Shown here: piece by piece, positions 1 to 13,600 of the stretch
Numbering within the stretch: position 1 is the first letter of the stretch
Layout of the letters: every line of letters begins with the position of its first letter
Origin: Chiloscyllium plagiosum
Lineage: Eukaryota
Direction: 5' to 3'
Assembly: GCF_004010195.1 (NCBI RefSeq)
Contig: NC_057719.1
Location: 4,743,708 to 4,807,707, forward strand
DNA length: 64,000 nt
Made by a program: the position numbers and the translations under genes
Notes under the pieces: model-generated
What the model was told of the DNA's origin: nothing
What the model saw: the letters and a program-made list of their open reading frames with translations, nothing else
Databases searched by the model: none

Positions 1-221
1 CTCAAGTGGGAAAAACAACTCTCCATTACCACCCTCTGTATCTTACCATCATGTCAATTTTGCATCTGAATGGCAAGCTCACCCTGAATCCCATATGATC
101 TAACTTTACTAATTAGTCTACCATGTGGAACCTTATCAAAGTCTTTACTAAAATCTATATAACCAATGTCTACCACTCTTCCCTCATCAATCCTTATTTC
201 CTCAAAAAATTAAGTCAGGTT

Positions 222-1418
222 AAAATGTCATAAAGTCATAGAGATGTACAGCATGGAAACAGACCCTTCGGTCCAACCCGTCCATGCCGCCCAGATATCC
301 CAACCCAATCTAGTCCGACCTGCCAGCAGCCGGCCCATATCCCTCCAAGCCCTTCCTATTCATATACCCATCCAAATGCCTCTTAAATGTTGTAATTGTA
401 CTAGCCTCCACCACTTCCTCTGGCAGCTCGTTCCATACACATACCACCCTCTGCATGAAAAAGTTTCCCCTGAGGTCTCTTTTATATCTTTCCCCTCTCC
501 CCCTAAACATATGCCCTCTAGTTCTGGACTCCCTGACCCCAGGAAAAAGACTTTGACTATTTATCCTATCCATACCCCTCATAATTTTGTAAACCTCTAT
601 AAGGTCACCCCTCAGCCTCCGACACTCCAAGGAAAACAGCCCCAGCCTGTTCAGCCTCTCCCCATAGCTCTCATCCTCCAACTCAGGCAACATCCTTGTA
701 AATCTTTTCTGAACCCTTTCATGTTTCACGACATCTTTCCGATAGGAAGGAAACAAGAATTACACGCAATGTTCCAACAGTGCCTAACCAATGACCTGTA
801 CAGCTGCAACATGGCCTCCCAACTCCTGTACTCAATACACTGACCATTAAAGGAAAGCATACCAAATGCTTCTTCACTAACCTATCTACCTGCGACTCCA
901 CTTTCAAGGAGCTATGAACCTGCACTCCAAGATCTCTTTGTTCAGCAACACTCCCTAGGACCTTACCATTAAGTGTATAAGTCCTGCTAAGATTTGCTTT
1001 CCCAAAATGCAGCACCTCGCATTTATCGGAATTGAACTCCATCTGCCACTTCTCAGCCCATTGGCCCATCTGGTCCAGATCCTGTTGTAATCTGAGGTAA
1101 CCCTCTTCGCTGTCCACTACACCTCCAATTTTGGTGTCATCTGCAAACTTACTAACTGTACCTCTTATGCTCGGATCCAAATCATTGGACACGAGCATAA
1201 GAGGTACAGTTAGTAAGTTTGCAGATGACACCAAAATTGGAGGTGTAGTGGACAGCGAAGAGGGTTACCTCAGATTACAACAGGATCTGGACCTGATGAG
1301 TCAATGGGCTGAGACGTGGCAGATGGAGTTTAATGCAGATAAATGTGGGGTGCTGCATTTTGGGAAAGCAAATCTTAGCAGGACTTATACACTTAATGGT
1401 AAGGTCCTAGGGAGTGTT
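222..1418 (-). mobile_element. CR1/HER1-type LINE 3' part with an inverted fold-back at its 5' end, nested in an older minus-strand LINE (1-221 continuing at 1419-~1505)
   Basis: Minus-strand ORFs with SKFADDTKIGG, WQMEFN..KCEVLHFG and RRLRGDLIEVYKIM. The host LINE reads caggtt|tgtgatacatgatttccc across the insert. Confidence 0.9.
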
Positions 1419-2375
1419 TGTGATACATGATTTCCCTTGCATAAAACCATGCTGAGTATCCCTAATTAGTCCTTACCTCTCAAAATGCATATAAATGCTA
1501 TCCTATAGGTTTGGCTTCCGGACACTTTTAACAGTGGGAAGGATTGTGTGCAAGCCATTTCTCTGCCATTCAATATGTGTCAACTCAAAAATAGCTACCT
1601 GATTTTTTTTGTTCTGTCTCCTTTATTATACAAACTTGTCATTTCTCCTAATATCACTATTATGAATAAACTTAATGTTTTATGAAGCCAAGTAATCTGT
1701 ACCAATAGAGCCATATTTTCAAGGCAGAGGTATACTGGTCCTGACCAACAAGGAAGTTAAAGCTGGGGTGGTGGTGGGAATGTAGAATTGAGACAGGTCT
1801 TATTACAGTCACAGCCATGATCTTATTGAATGCTGAATCAGTCTAGATGGGCCAAAATAGTTTGACTCCTGCTGCTAATTCTTATGTTGTGTTTTTGACC
1901 GAGATCAGACCTAACTTGAATATAACTGGCTACCATATTCTAAATCATGAATCAGGTGGCGAGAATGGGGTGATGAAACACATAGGAAAGTGTAATATTG
2001 CAGCTAAAATAGGTTTAATTTTTGTTTAAAAAGCTTAAGATAATGCAGTGACACTGTTTGTGCAGAATTATGTCATGTCTATTTTTAGCACTGTTTACTT
2101 GTAGTTTTCATTACCAGGAATGCTTCAGTGCATTCCTGAGTGTCCTAAGGGTGGTTGAATACTACTTACAACAAACATGAGTAAAACACTGTTGTTGTAT
2201 ATATTGCCCTTTGTAATTTACAATAAAACTTCACTATGTGACTAATGAAATGTTATTCTATATGGCAACAAAAAATGCAAACTTAGAAAAGTAGAATGCT
2301 GCAGTCCTTTTAAAGCAGAGCATGTTCTCTCAATTTCACATTTGCTGTTTCTTAGAATTCACTGTTCCTTTTAAA

Positions 2376-2725
2376 TTTTTTATTCATTCATGGGATGAGG
2401 GTGTTGTGCATGAGCCAACGTTTATTGCCCATCCCTAATTGACCCAAGGGTGGTAAGAGTCACCCGTATTGCTGTGGATCTGGAGTCACATATAGGCCAG
2501 ACCAGATAAGGTTGGCAATTTCCTTCCCTGAAGTGCATTGATGAATCAGATGGGTTTTTCTGACAATCGACAAAGGATTCATGGTCATCCTTTGACTTCG
2601 AATTCCAAATTTTTTATCAAATTCATATTCCACCATCTGCCATTACAGGATTCAAACCCAGTTCCCTAGAATGTTACCTGGGTCTTTGGATTAACAGTCC
2701 AGTAGTAATACTGTTAGGCCATCGT
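2376..2725 (-). mobile_element. tRNA-derived SINE with LINE-type 3' tail (second SINE family)
   Basis: Reverse-complement similarity to 45366-45727. Decayed copies at ~4480-4740, 24865-25465, 54775-55100 and 62420-62645. Confidence 0.7.
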
Positions 2726-5700
2726 CTGTCTGTTGGGACACATTCGTCTCAAAAAGACTTGTTTATGCATGGCCAGTTTGTTTCTTGTGCAGCATGTTCC
2801 TAATTGTTGAGTGGCACACACAAACACAATTCAAGAGAACATTATTTTAGACGTTGGAAATCTGAAATCTAACAAAAATTGTTTTGGAAACATTCAGCAG
2901 ATCAGATGGCGTCTGTCAAGAAAGAAGCAGAGTTAATGGCTAACGTTATTACTGCATCCCAAAATGGTGGATTAGGAGGTAGTGGGGAACTATGGCAAAC
3001 TGAGAGGCTCTGTCCTTGCTGAAACCCAATTATTGAGGAGGATTCCCAGCAGTGGCCTGACCTCCTTCTGGTATTAGGAAACAAATTTAAACAATTAAAG
3101 GACAAATTAAGAGATTTACCCATGAGGCTAGCTTTTCTTTCCTTCCCTCTCCACTCCTCCCCCTTTTTCAAAAAAAAGGCAACTACCGACACCACAACCA
3201 TTTCCTCCAGCCCTATCCTTATATAAAAGATTCCAACCTCAGTTCATTCGGCTGGGAAAAATTACATTTAACAAGTTTTAAGCAAGTATAGAGGACACTC
3301 TTTGGTCCTAAAGTTATAGGAGAGAGCAAGTCCAGATGTAGAGAAAGAAAGGTGGGGAAGGAAGGAACAAAAAGGAAAGTTTGTGATGGGATTGAAGAAA
3401 TAAAAGTTAAATATCAATTGGGATGATGTTTCAAGGCAAGGTGAATAGCGGGACAAGCAAAGCAACAAAAACTGGTCTAGAGGATATTTAAAATAAAATA
3501 GAATTATACCAGCAACTGCTGTTTTGAGGGGAAAAAGTGCAGTGGTGGTTATCAGCTAAAGCTGCTGGGTTTAGTATTGAGCCTGGAAAGCCACAGCCTG
3601 GTGTAAAGTTGAATGTGTGCCTGTGCTGATACTTTTTGAAATCCTTGTTTAGAAAGGAACACAACACAATGAATCACAAGATCATAAATGATTAATAAAT
3701 TTTAGACAACAGGACCACTGATGTAGCTTGCAGAAAATCCCGCAATTTATTGAAACCCTGTACTTGCCTTGCCATAAATGCAGTGTGGAAGTCTAAGTCG
3801 ACTGTGTTGGCCCTCAGATTTTTTTTTTAAGTATTCTGACTTGCCTCTTAATCGATTGTGGATTAAGGCATTTACCTCTCTCAGTAATAGCTCCTTAAAA
3901 TGCTGCTGAGATAGAGAACCTCCTCCGTGGGAAATTAAGGACACCACTCCAGTAAGCAGTGTGAAACTGCTCTGTTGTTGCATGATGCTGCTGTGGTGAA
4001 GTTTATATTTACCCTGGGATTGCAAATACTGGTAGGCAATTATAAAGCTGTCATAGTGGTAGCTTCTTCATCTTTCAAGAGTCGAAACATAGTTTGGCAC
4101 TTCGAGATTAACCATTTTGAGATATCCACAATATCCGAGATTACATTGCCCATGCATGCCAGTTAAATTTATTGAACTCGCTCTATTTCCATCTGTTAGA
4201 AAGTTACTGATGCCTTGTTCATGATCTTCCCATGTTCATTTATTTTGATACTAGAAACTTATTTGAAAGGAATTCTCAAAAGGCGAGAACTTTTGGCTTA
4301 AGTGGAAAAACCTAACTGGTCCAACATATACCATTCTCTCTCAACTGAGAAATTGTCTCTTATTTTTATCAGCCTATTCTCTCTCTATTAATGTGTCAAC
4401 TGTCAACTTCTGACCAGTAGTAACATCCACTTCAGTGGCTATGATTGGAGTAGAGTTTCCCCAAGTTCATTTTTCACTTTCTTTTGTGGGCATCACTGAT
4501 GAGGTCAGCATTTGTTGCCTATCAGTAATTACCCCTTAACTGAATGAGTTGCATGAGTTTCAGGGCAGTTAAAAGCAAACCACATGACTGTTAATCTGGT
4601 GGTATGCAGAAGTCAGTCCAAGTAAGAACAGCAAATTTCCTTCCCTAAAATACATTAGCACACCAGGTGAATTTTATGACTATCAATAGTACAATTATGC
4701 AATTACTGAGATTAGTTTTATATGTCAGATCATTTCAAATTACAAACAAAGCTATATATAGGATAGTTAGAAAGATCTTAATTCAAGCAATAAAACAATA
4801 TTTCAACTTGTTTCCCAACAATATCTAAGGCTTGCAGCAGTTCAAGAAGACTGCTCACAACACCAGCTTAAGGGAAATTAGATTTGGGTAGTCAATACTG
4901 ACCTAATCGGTGAGGCCCAAATCCCATGTACAAGGTATATTTTTGAAAGTTTAGCTTACACAGATTTTGAACACACATTTAGTGGATTAAGGGTACTGCA
5001 TTATTTTTGAGTGAGACAGTAAAGTGAGCACCTATAAAATGGTGAACTAATATTTCATTTCTGGTTTACTGCGCACAGATTAGTTGTTGCATTTGCTGAC
5101 ATAACATTAACAGCACTTTAGAAGTATTTTCTTGTCTTTCAATTGATTTGGCATGTCCTGGAGTATGCTGTGAGACCAGTTAACCCAGTTAGCTAGACAG
5201 CTCGCAGGGAAATCCGATTAATACCAACAGCGCAGAATTTGATCCCGTTCTGGCTAGGATAGACTTAGGGCTTGCCTCCTTGGTTTCCCAGTTGTTTGAA
5301 GAAATTCAGGACACTTAGCAGTGGCATGGCAAGTTATTACCATAGGACCTGCGTTTATGTAGAGAACTTTAAGAGTATTGTACGCTGTGTACTGCCAGAT
5401 TTTTGAAACTGAATAACTTGATATTATTTCTGTTAACAGAACTTTGATAAAGCAAAGCATTTGACAAAGTTGCTTTGGAGAAGGTGAATTCAGGGATGTA
5501 AGGAGGTTGATAGGAAAATATATATTTTCTTTCAGGAAACTAAAATACAGTCTACTTGTGAGTTAAATTTTGTATCAAGAGATCAATGCAGCACAACCAG
5601 ATTGTCTTCTCCACATATTCATAAAATAAATAAGTTGTAGCAATTTAGTCAAAGTGTGTGGTGCTGGAAAAGCACAGCCAGTTAGGCAGCATCCAAAGAG

Positions 5701-6503
5701 CAGGAGAGTCGACATTTCGCACATAAGCTCTTCGTTAGTAATATAGTGTAGTTTTTAGGGGAAAAAAAACTGATCTAAAATGAAAGTTAGCGAACTGTTC
5801 TCCCAGTAAAGCATCCTTCCGTGATTAGCACGGAATTGTGCTATCCAGTGAGCTTGATATGTGAACTGGACTTGTGCTACTTTAGTTATAGTCTTCCCCC
5901 ATACAGATGTGTTTGATTATTGTTCATCAAAGGTACTATTCAATTAAAGCATACCAGCACATGAGATTTTATTGATAATTGCATTGTTTGGTGGAGCCTG
6001 CTATATAATCGGATACTTCTAGGATTCAAAATAAAGATGTTGCAGAGGGGTTGGGGGAGGCATTTTAGTTATGAAAGATATGCTAAAATGGTGTTTTGCA
6101 CTTTCAGTGTAATTAGAACGCTTAGTGTAACCATGTTCTTGATATATATCGCAGATTTATGCACGCAGTTCATTTTGATCTTGCCAAAGATGGCTGCAGC
6201 GTTTTTTTTGTACATGAGGGGTTATAGAGAAACTTATTATCATTCTGTTATACGTTGAAAAAATGGTGTTATTTGAGATGGTTTGTTCATTTATCTTTTT
6301 CACTTTATATCATTTTGAAATCTGATTATTTGTGGTCATGTTAGTAAACTGACAGCTAGATATTTTCCTCAGTATTTGGAACTATAAGAGCTATCTTGAT
6401 AATTATATCTTTAATCAATGCAGATCACTCACAACAAATACTGTTTGTTTGTGTGAAATCTGTTAATCAAACAAAAAATTCTGATGACATCGTTTTGCAT
6501 TAG

Positions 6504-7157
<654 letters not shown>

Positions 7158-7239
7158 TAACATTTATCAAGAAGACAAACTGAACAAGTATGCATATGCA
7201 TGTCACTGTTATTTATGTTTTATTTTCCCACTGAATTTT

Positions 7240-8960
7240 GATTATAGAATATAGAACATTACAGTGTAGTACAGGCCTTTCAGCCCTCGATGTTTGCGCC
7301 AACCTGTGGAACCAATCTGAAGCCTATCTAACCTACACTTCTCCATTCTCATCCATATGCCTATCCATTGACCAATCAAATGCCTTTAAAGTTGGCGAGT
7401 CTACTCCTGTTCCATGCCCCTACTACTCTCGAAGTAAAGAAATTACCCCTGACATGTGTCTGATACCTATCACTCCTCAATTTAAAACTATGCCCCTCGT
7501 GCTGGCCATCACCATCCGAGGAAAAAGGCTCTCGCTATCCAATCTGTCTAACCCTCTGATTATAAGTCTGTATTAAGTCGCCTCAAGTCCCTCAGCCTTT
7601 CCTTGTAAAACCTTCCTTCCATACTAGGCAATATCATAGTAAATCTCGTATGAACCTGTTCCAAAGCTTCCACATCCTTCCTATAATGCGGTGACCAGAA
7701 CTGTATGCATACTGCAAATGTGGCCTCACCACACTTTTGTACAGCTGCAGCATGATCTCGTGGTTCCGAAACTCAATCCCTCTCCCAACGAAAGCTAACA
7801 CACCTTATGCCTTCTTAGCAACTCTATCAACCAGGGTGGCAACTTTCAAGGATCTACGTAGCTGGACACTGAGCTCTCTCTGCTCATCTACACTCCCAAG
7901 AATCTTAGCATTAACCCAATACTCTGCATTCCTGTTACTCCTTCCAAAGTGAATCACCTCATACTTTTCTGCATTCAACTCCATTTTCCACCTCTCGGCC
8001 CAGCTCTGCAGCTTATCTATGTCTCTCTGTAACCTACAACATCCTTCAGCACAATCCACAACTGTACCGACCTTAGTGTCATCTGCAAATTTACTAAACC
8101 ATCCTTCTATGCCCTCATCCAGGTCATTTATATAAATGACAAAACAACAGTGGACCCAAAACAAATCCTTGAACTCCAGGATGAATATTTTCCATTAACC
8201 ACCACACTCTGTCGTCTTTCAGCTAGCCAATTTCTGATCCAAACCGCGAAATCACCCTCGATCCCATGCCTCCGTATTTTTTGTGCAGTAGCCTACCGTG
8301 GGGAACCTTATCAAACGCCTTACTGAAATCCGCATACACCACATCAACTGCTTTACTCTCATCTACCTGTTTCGTCACCTTCTCAAAGAACTCAATAAGG
8401 TTTGTGAGGCACGACCTACCCTTCACAGAATCGTGTTGGCTATCCCTAATCAACTTATTTCTCTCTAGATGATTATAAACTCTATCCCTTTCTAATACTT
8501 TACCCACAACCGAAGTAATGCTCACAGGTCTATAATTTCCAGGGTTGTCTCTACTCCCCTAACCTCCGGTCTTCTGGTGCTATTCCTGTTCACAATGATG
8601 ACATAAAGATCAAAGCCAAAGGCTCCAAAAGAGAAAATGCTGGAAAATCTCCAAGTCTGGCAGCGTCTGTAAGGAGAGAAAAGAACTGACCTTTTGAGTC
8701 TAACTGACCCTTTGTCAAAGCTCTCAGACAGGGGACGAAACGTCTGCAACACAAATTCCCAGCTCGGCGAACAGAACCACAACAACAAGCACCCGAGCTA
8801 CAAATCTTCTCCCAAATCTTGTCATTCTTTTATTGCTGATATAGCTGTAGAAAGACTTGGGGTTTTCCTTGATCCAATCTGCCAATGACATCTCATGCTC
8901 CCTCCTGGCTCTTCTTAGCTCCCTCTTTAGGTCTTTCCTGGCCAACTTGTAAACTCTCCA
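7240..8960 (-). mobile_element. Fragmented CR1-type LINE with PLE terminal fragments inserted at ~8625-8815
   Basis: Minus-strand ORFs with GRSCLTNLIEFFE, DFSKAFDKVPH and KFADDTKVG. The insert carries ggggacgaaacgtctg...gagctacaaatcttct, shared with the PLE end at ~37015-37095. Confidence 0.85.
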
Positions 8961-9579
8961 AACTTATGCGTTTTGAAATATTTGTATTGAAGTAAAATCA
9001 ATATATGAGGGCAGATTTTTATCCTTCTAGCCTTTGGTTGTCTGGAATTACAGTTCTGAGCTATGTAATGTTATGGCGAGATACTGTTTATTTTTAACTG
9101 ATTTCTCAACCTGCCTATTCAATGTAATTTAGTTGATGTTGAAGGTGAGGAAGTGCCACTGAGTCTGCATAATGATGTCATGATGCAGCAAAATTGTTGC
9201 AGCAAAATTCTTTGTATAAGCACCAACTTAGCACAGCTCATGAATGATGATCGATTCTTTGAATAATCTGTCCATTCTAAACATCCTTTATACTGGTTTA
9301 GAGTAACTATACAAAGATGTTATGGATTTGTGGACAGTTTTAAAACCTGTTGCTGCAATACAGTAAGTATTACAAAAGCAGGATGTTGCCAAGCATACCA
9401 TTGAAAATTTCTGAACTGTATTTTGTTTTTGTTTTTCATTTCCTCATGAAACCTGGAGAAGGTAGCTATGAGTTGCCTTCTTGGACAGCTACAGTGCTGT
9501 TGAGAAGTTCCAAGATGTTGACCAATGAACTGTGAAAGAAAGATAAATTGCCCTCCAGGTCAGAATGGTGTGTCACTTA

Positions 9580-9945
9580 AGAGTCATAAAGATGTACAGC
9601 ATGGAAACAAACCCTTCAGTCCAACTCATCCATGCTGACCAGATATCCTAAATAAATCTAGTCCCATTTGCCAGCACTTGGCCCATATCCCTCTAAACTT
9701 TTCCTATTCATATACCCATCCAGATGCCTTTTTAAATGTTGTAATTGTACTAGCTTCCATCACTTCCTCTGGCAGCTCATTCTATACATGCACCACCTTC
9801 TGCATGAAAAAGTTGCTTCTTAGGTACCATTTACATCGTTCCCCTCTCACCTTAAATCTATGCCCTCTAATTGTGTACTCCTCCACTCTAGGGAAAAGAC
9901 CTTGTCTATTTATCCTATCCATGCCCTTCATGATTTTATAAATCT
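9580..9945 (-). mobile_element. CR1-type LINE 3' end nested in an older LINE remnant (~9430-10500)
   Basis: Same 3' tail as 230-600 (gtcataaagatgtacagcatggaaaca...). Confidence 0.8.
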
Positions 9946-10610
9946 CTTGCAGGGCAACTTGCAGTTGATTATGTACATATGCATTTGCAGCCCTTGTCCT
10001 TCTACCCAGCAGAGGTTGTGGGTTTATAAGGCATTGTTAACAGAATCTTGGTGAGTTCTTACATTGCATCTTGTCGGTGGTACACAGTGCTGCATCAGTG
10101 AAAGGATTAACAGCCCCAATCGGGGGCAGCATCTTGAAGTGTGTGGATGGGGTGTCAATAAAGGGGACTACTTCATCACAAATCTTGTCAAAAGTATTGA
10201 GTTTTCTCAAAATTGCATCATCTAAGAAATTGAAGAGTATTCTACCACTCTCCTGATTGTACCTTATCAATCCTTGATAGGCATTGGAGAGACAAAAAGT
10301 GAATTATTACTTGCCATAGAGTTCCTAACCTCTGACCTGCTCTTGTTGGCATGATGTTTGTGTGACAAATCCATTTGATTTCTGTTCCCCGGTAACCTCA
10401 CAATGTTCACTGTATGGGATTCAATAATGGTATTGCCATTGTCAAGGAGCGATAGGTACTCTCTTGTTGTGTTGGTCATTGCCTGGCACTTGGGTCACAA
10501 AAATCCAATGTCCGATTAGCTATGTAACTTAATCAATTGTGGCGGAGATAAATTAATCTTCTAAAGTTCAGGAATGAGCTAGAAAAAGCATTTTTATCCT
10601 CTGCTAATCC

Positions 10611-13600
10611 TGTATTGATTATAATGAGGTCAGTCAGATGGATCTTCTAGAATGAAATCCCTGATTGGGGCTGTTAACCTGGTCCAGTCAGGGAGCCATG
10701 GCTGACCAGCTAATAAACAGGAGTATCAGAGGTTCTGTTCACTCTGAGAGCTTGGCTCTGAAGAAACCAGACCAGTGTCAAATATTATGCACAAAGGTGA
10801 CTTGGTGACAGGATACTGACCCCTGGGTTATTTCAGTTGGAACAAGAGAAAAGCATGCTCCAGAAGAAATTTGCTTGCAACAGACATTTTGAGTTGGGCT
10901 AAGCATTTCTGTCGTCATGCCTTTATTGGGGACCTTGATTTGTTGATCCTGCCATCAAAGACTGGGTCCAGTATAGACTGAGTTTGATTATCTGAAGGAC
11001 GTGGGCTGGGAGTATTTTGTTAGGTTAATCAAATGCCGGATAATCGATGCTGGATAACATAGTTGGCTACGCATCAGGAACTTGCAATCTTGTTCGGATG
11101 ATCCAAAGTTCGATTAATCGAATGCCAGATAATCAAGGTTCCTCTATGTGGAAAGAATGCATTTTTTCTTTACTGACCAAATGACATTGGGGCAGATGAA
11201 AAGCAACAAGTAAGTCTCCTAACAGCTTGTGGACCCGCAGCTTTCTCGATTACTAGGAACCTAACATTTCTTGAGGCACAAGATACTAAAACCTTTTAAG
11301 AGTTGAAGGATTTAGTTAAGGAATATTGCAAGCATCCTCTAATTCTGAGACCACTATCAGTTTTACTCAGTAATTTGAAAACAGGGGAATCCATGTTGGG
11401 ATTTTTGATGAGATTAAGACGATTGGCAGAGGCATGTGACTTTGGTTTAACCCTTAGTGAGATACGGAGACACTGTTTGGTATGTGGGATTAACAATGTA
11501 ATCATGCAAAAGCACCTATTAGCTGAAGTCCAACTGGACTTCTCACAGGCACTACAACTGGCTTGGTCATTAGGCAAGTGGAGCAGGGCATGTTGATGGA
11601 TGTGGATGCCCTTGCCGACTGAGCTTGGGGAACATCACCTGAGTGAAGGGAATCGTATAGCCTCACTCAGGACATACCCTGAACAGAGGGACTCTAGGTC
11701 AGCCCGCAGCAAGACACTGAAACAAAATCAAGCCTCGACCAAACAGTTAAAATTTTGGGCTAGCAAGCCATTGTAGTTCCTGCCCGTATGTGAACTTGAG
11801 ACAGCGAAAGAGTCATATTAGGCCTGAATTGAGTAGGAGAACTCATAGGCCGGTATCCTGGAAAGTGCACACCCTGGAAAGCCCTCCTACACCTGGCTTG
11901 AAACAGTTTTGCTGAGCAATGTCCAAATCAAAATCAATCAAAATAAACGTGGTTAAATGGTCACCCAGTTCTAATAGAGGTTGATACTGGCATGTCTGTA
12001 TCAAAGAACCAGGCTTTTACAAAATTCACTCTGGACTCCGTCCCTTAAGTTTGCATAAGACCTCTTGGCTAAACTAAGAACCTATACTGGATAGCCTTTA
12101 CAGTTTAAGGGTGCAACTTCAGTCCCATCTCTATGAGAAGCAGCTGATTCAGTTCCCAATGATTGTAGTGAATGGCTCGGGCCCAAGCTTGATAGGGTGC
12201 AATTGATTGAGAAAGATTCACCCTTGATTGGCTCAACATTTATCAATTAGAAAATGGCTGCCCAAGTCAAGTCCTAATTAAATAACCAGAAGTTTTGCAG
12301 GAAGGTCAAGGGACTATCAAAGGAGCTAAGGGCACCTTGCATGTCGACCAGGAACCAAATCCACGATTCTGCAAGGTCGGCCCAATGCTATTTGCTTGAC
12401 CTTTAAAAGTAGAGCAGAAATCAGGAGACTGGCAAATGGAGTCATCAAAGTAGTATAGTTTTCAGAATGGGCAGCACTGGTTGGAACGAGTGTGAAGGCT
12501 GACGGATTGATTTGCCTTTGTGGGGATTTTAAACAAGTGGTAAACTGTTTCTGTAGCATGTTAAATACCAGTCCCTCGCATAGAGGACTTGTATACGGTC
12601 AGGGAAGCTGGACTTCATGTGTGGCTGTAGTTGTGGCTCGATGAGGATTCCCATAAGTATGCTACATTTAATTAGCATAAGAGTTTGTACCAGTATACGA
12701 GACTGGCATTTGGGGCATCATTAGCCTGTGCCAGGGAGAACATTTTACAAGGTCTACCCCAGGTCACCATTTATCTGGCTGATATGTTAATAACATGTAA
12801 GACCATGGAACACCAATAAAGAACACTTCGAGAACTTGGACATAGTCATAGAGTTATACAGCGTGGAATCGGATCCTTCGGCCCAACCAGTCTGTGCTGA
12901 ACATAATCCCCATCTAAACTAGTTCTATCTGGCCACTCCTGAACATTTCCAATTCATGTATCCTTCTAAATGTTTTGAACGTAATTCCATTACACGCGGG
13001 CATATGCCTTAGGAAACACTTGTGTTTTAGGCAACCCAAGTGACCTACTTTGGTTACAGAGTCAACAAGACTGAGTTGCACCCATTGCAAGTTAGGGCAA
13101 TCAAAGGTGCCCTGATTCCCAGGTCTGTACCAGAGCTCGTGTTTCCTTGGAAACATAATCTGGCTTCCATCCTGGCACCCTTACATCTGCTATTGAAAAA
13201 GGATCAGCCTTGGAAGGAGTCTCGTAGCCTTTAGAGATTTGAAGAAGCAGCTGTCTTTGTCTAAGGTGTTAGCACACATTTCAAGTGATTTGTGGTGCTG
13301 ATACCCGATGCATACCCATACAATATCGGGATAGTGCTGACTCATAGATGGCCCAATGGAGAGGAACACCCAATAATCTATGCTTCCCAGACTTTGGCTG
13401 ATGCAGACCACAAATGCGCCCAGATAAGGAAGGTTTGGCAGTCATCTTTGTGTGAACAAGTTCCAATAATATTTTTACAGACACAAATTTCTAATAGTTA
13501 CAGACCACAAACTCCTGCTGAAACCACTCAAAGAGGAGAAGGCCATACCACCCATAGCTTCAGGTCAAATTTTCTGATGGGTTCTCATTCAAGTGTGTAA

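Noticed and set aside
244..843. 199-aa + strand ORF and similar ORFs (e.g. 22317-22763, 49625-49939)
   Set aside because: Antisense frames of CR1 LINE fragments.
6185..6200. YY1-like site aaagatggctgc
   Set aside because: Single short motif with no CpG island or other support.
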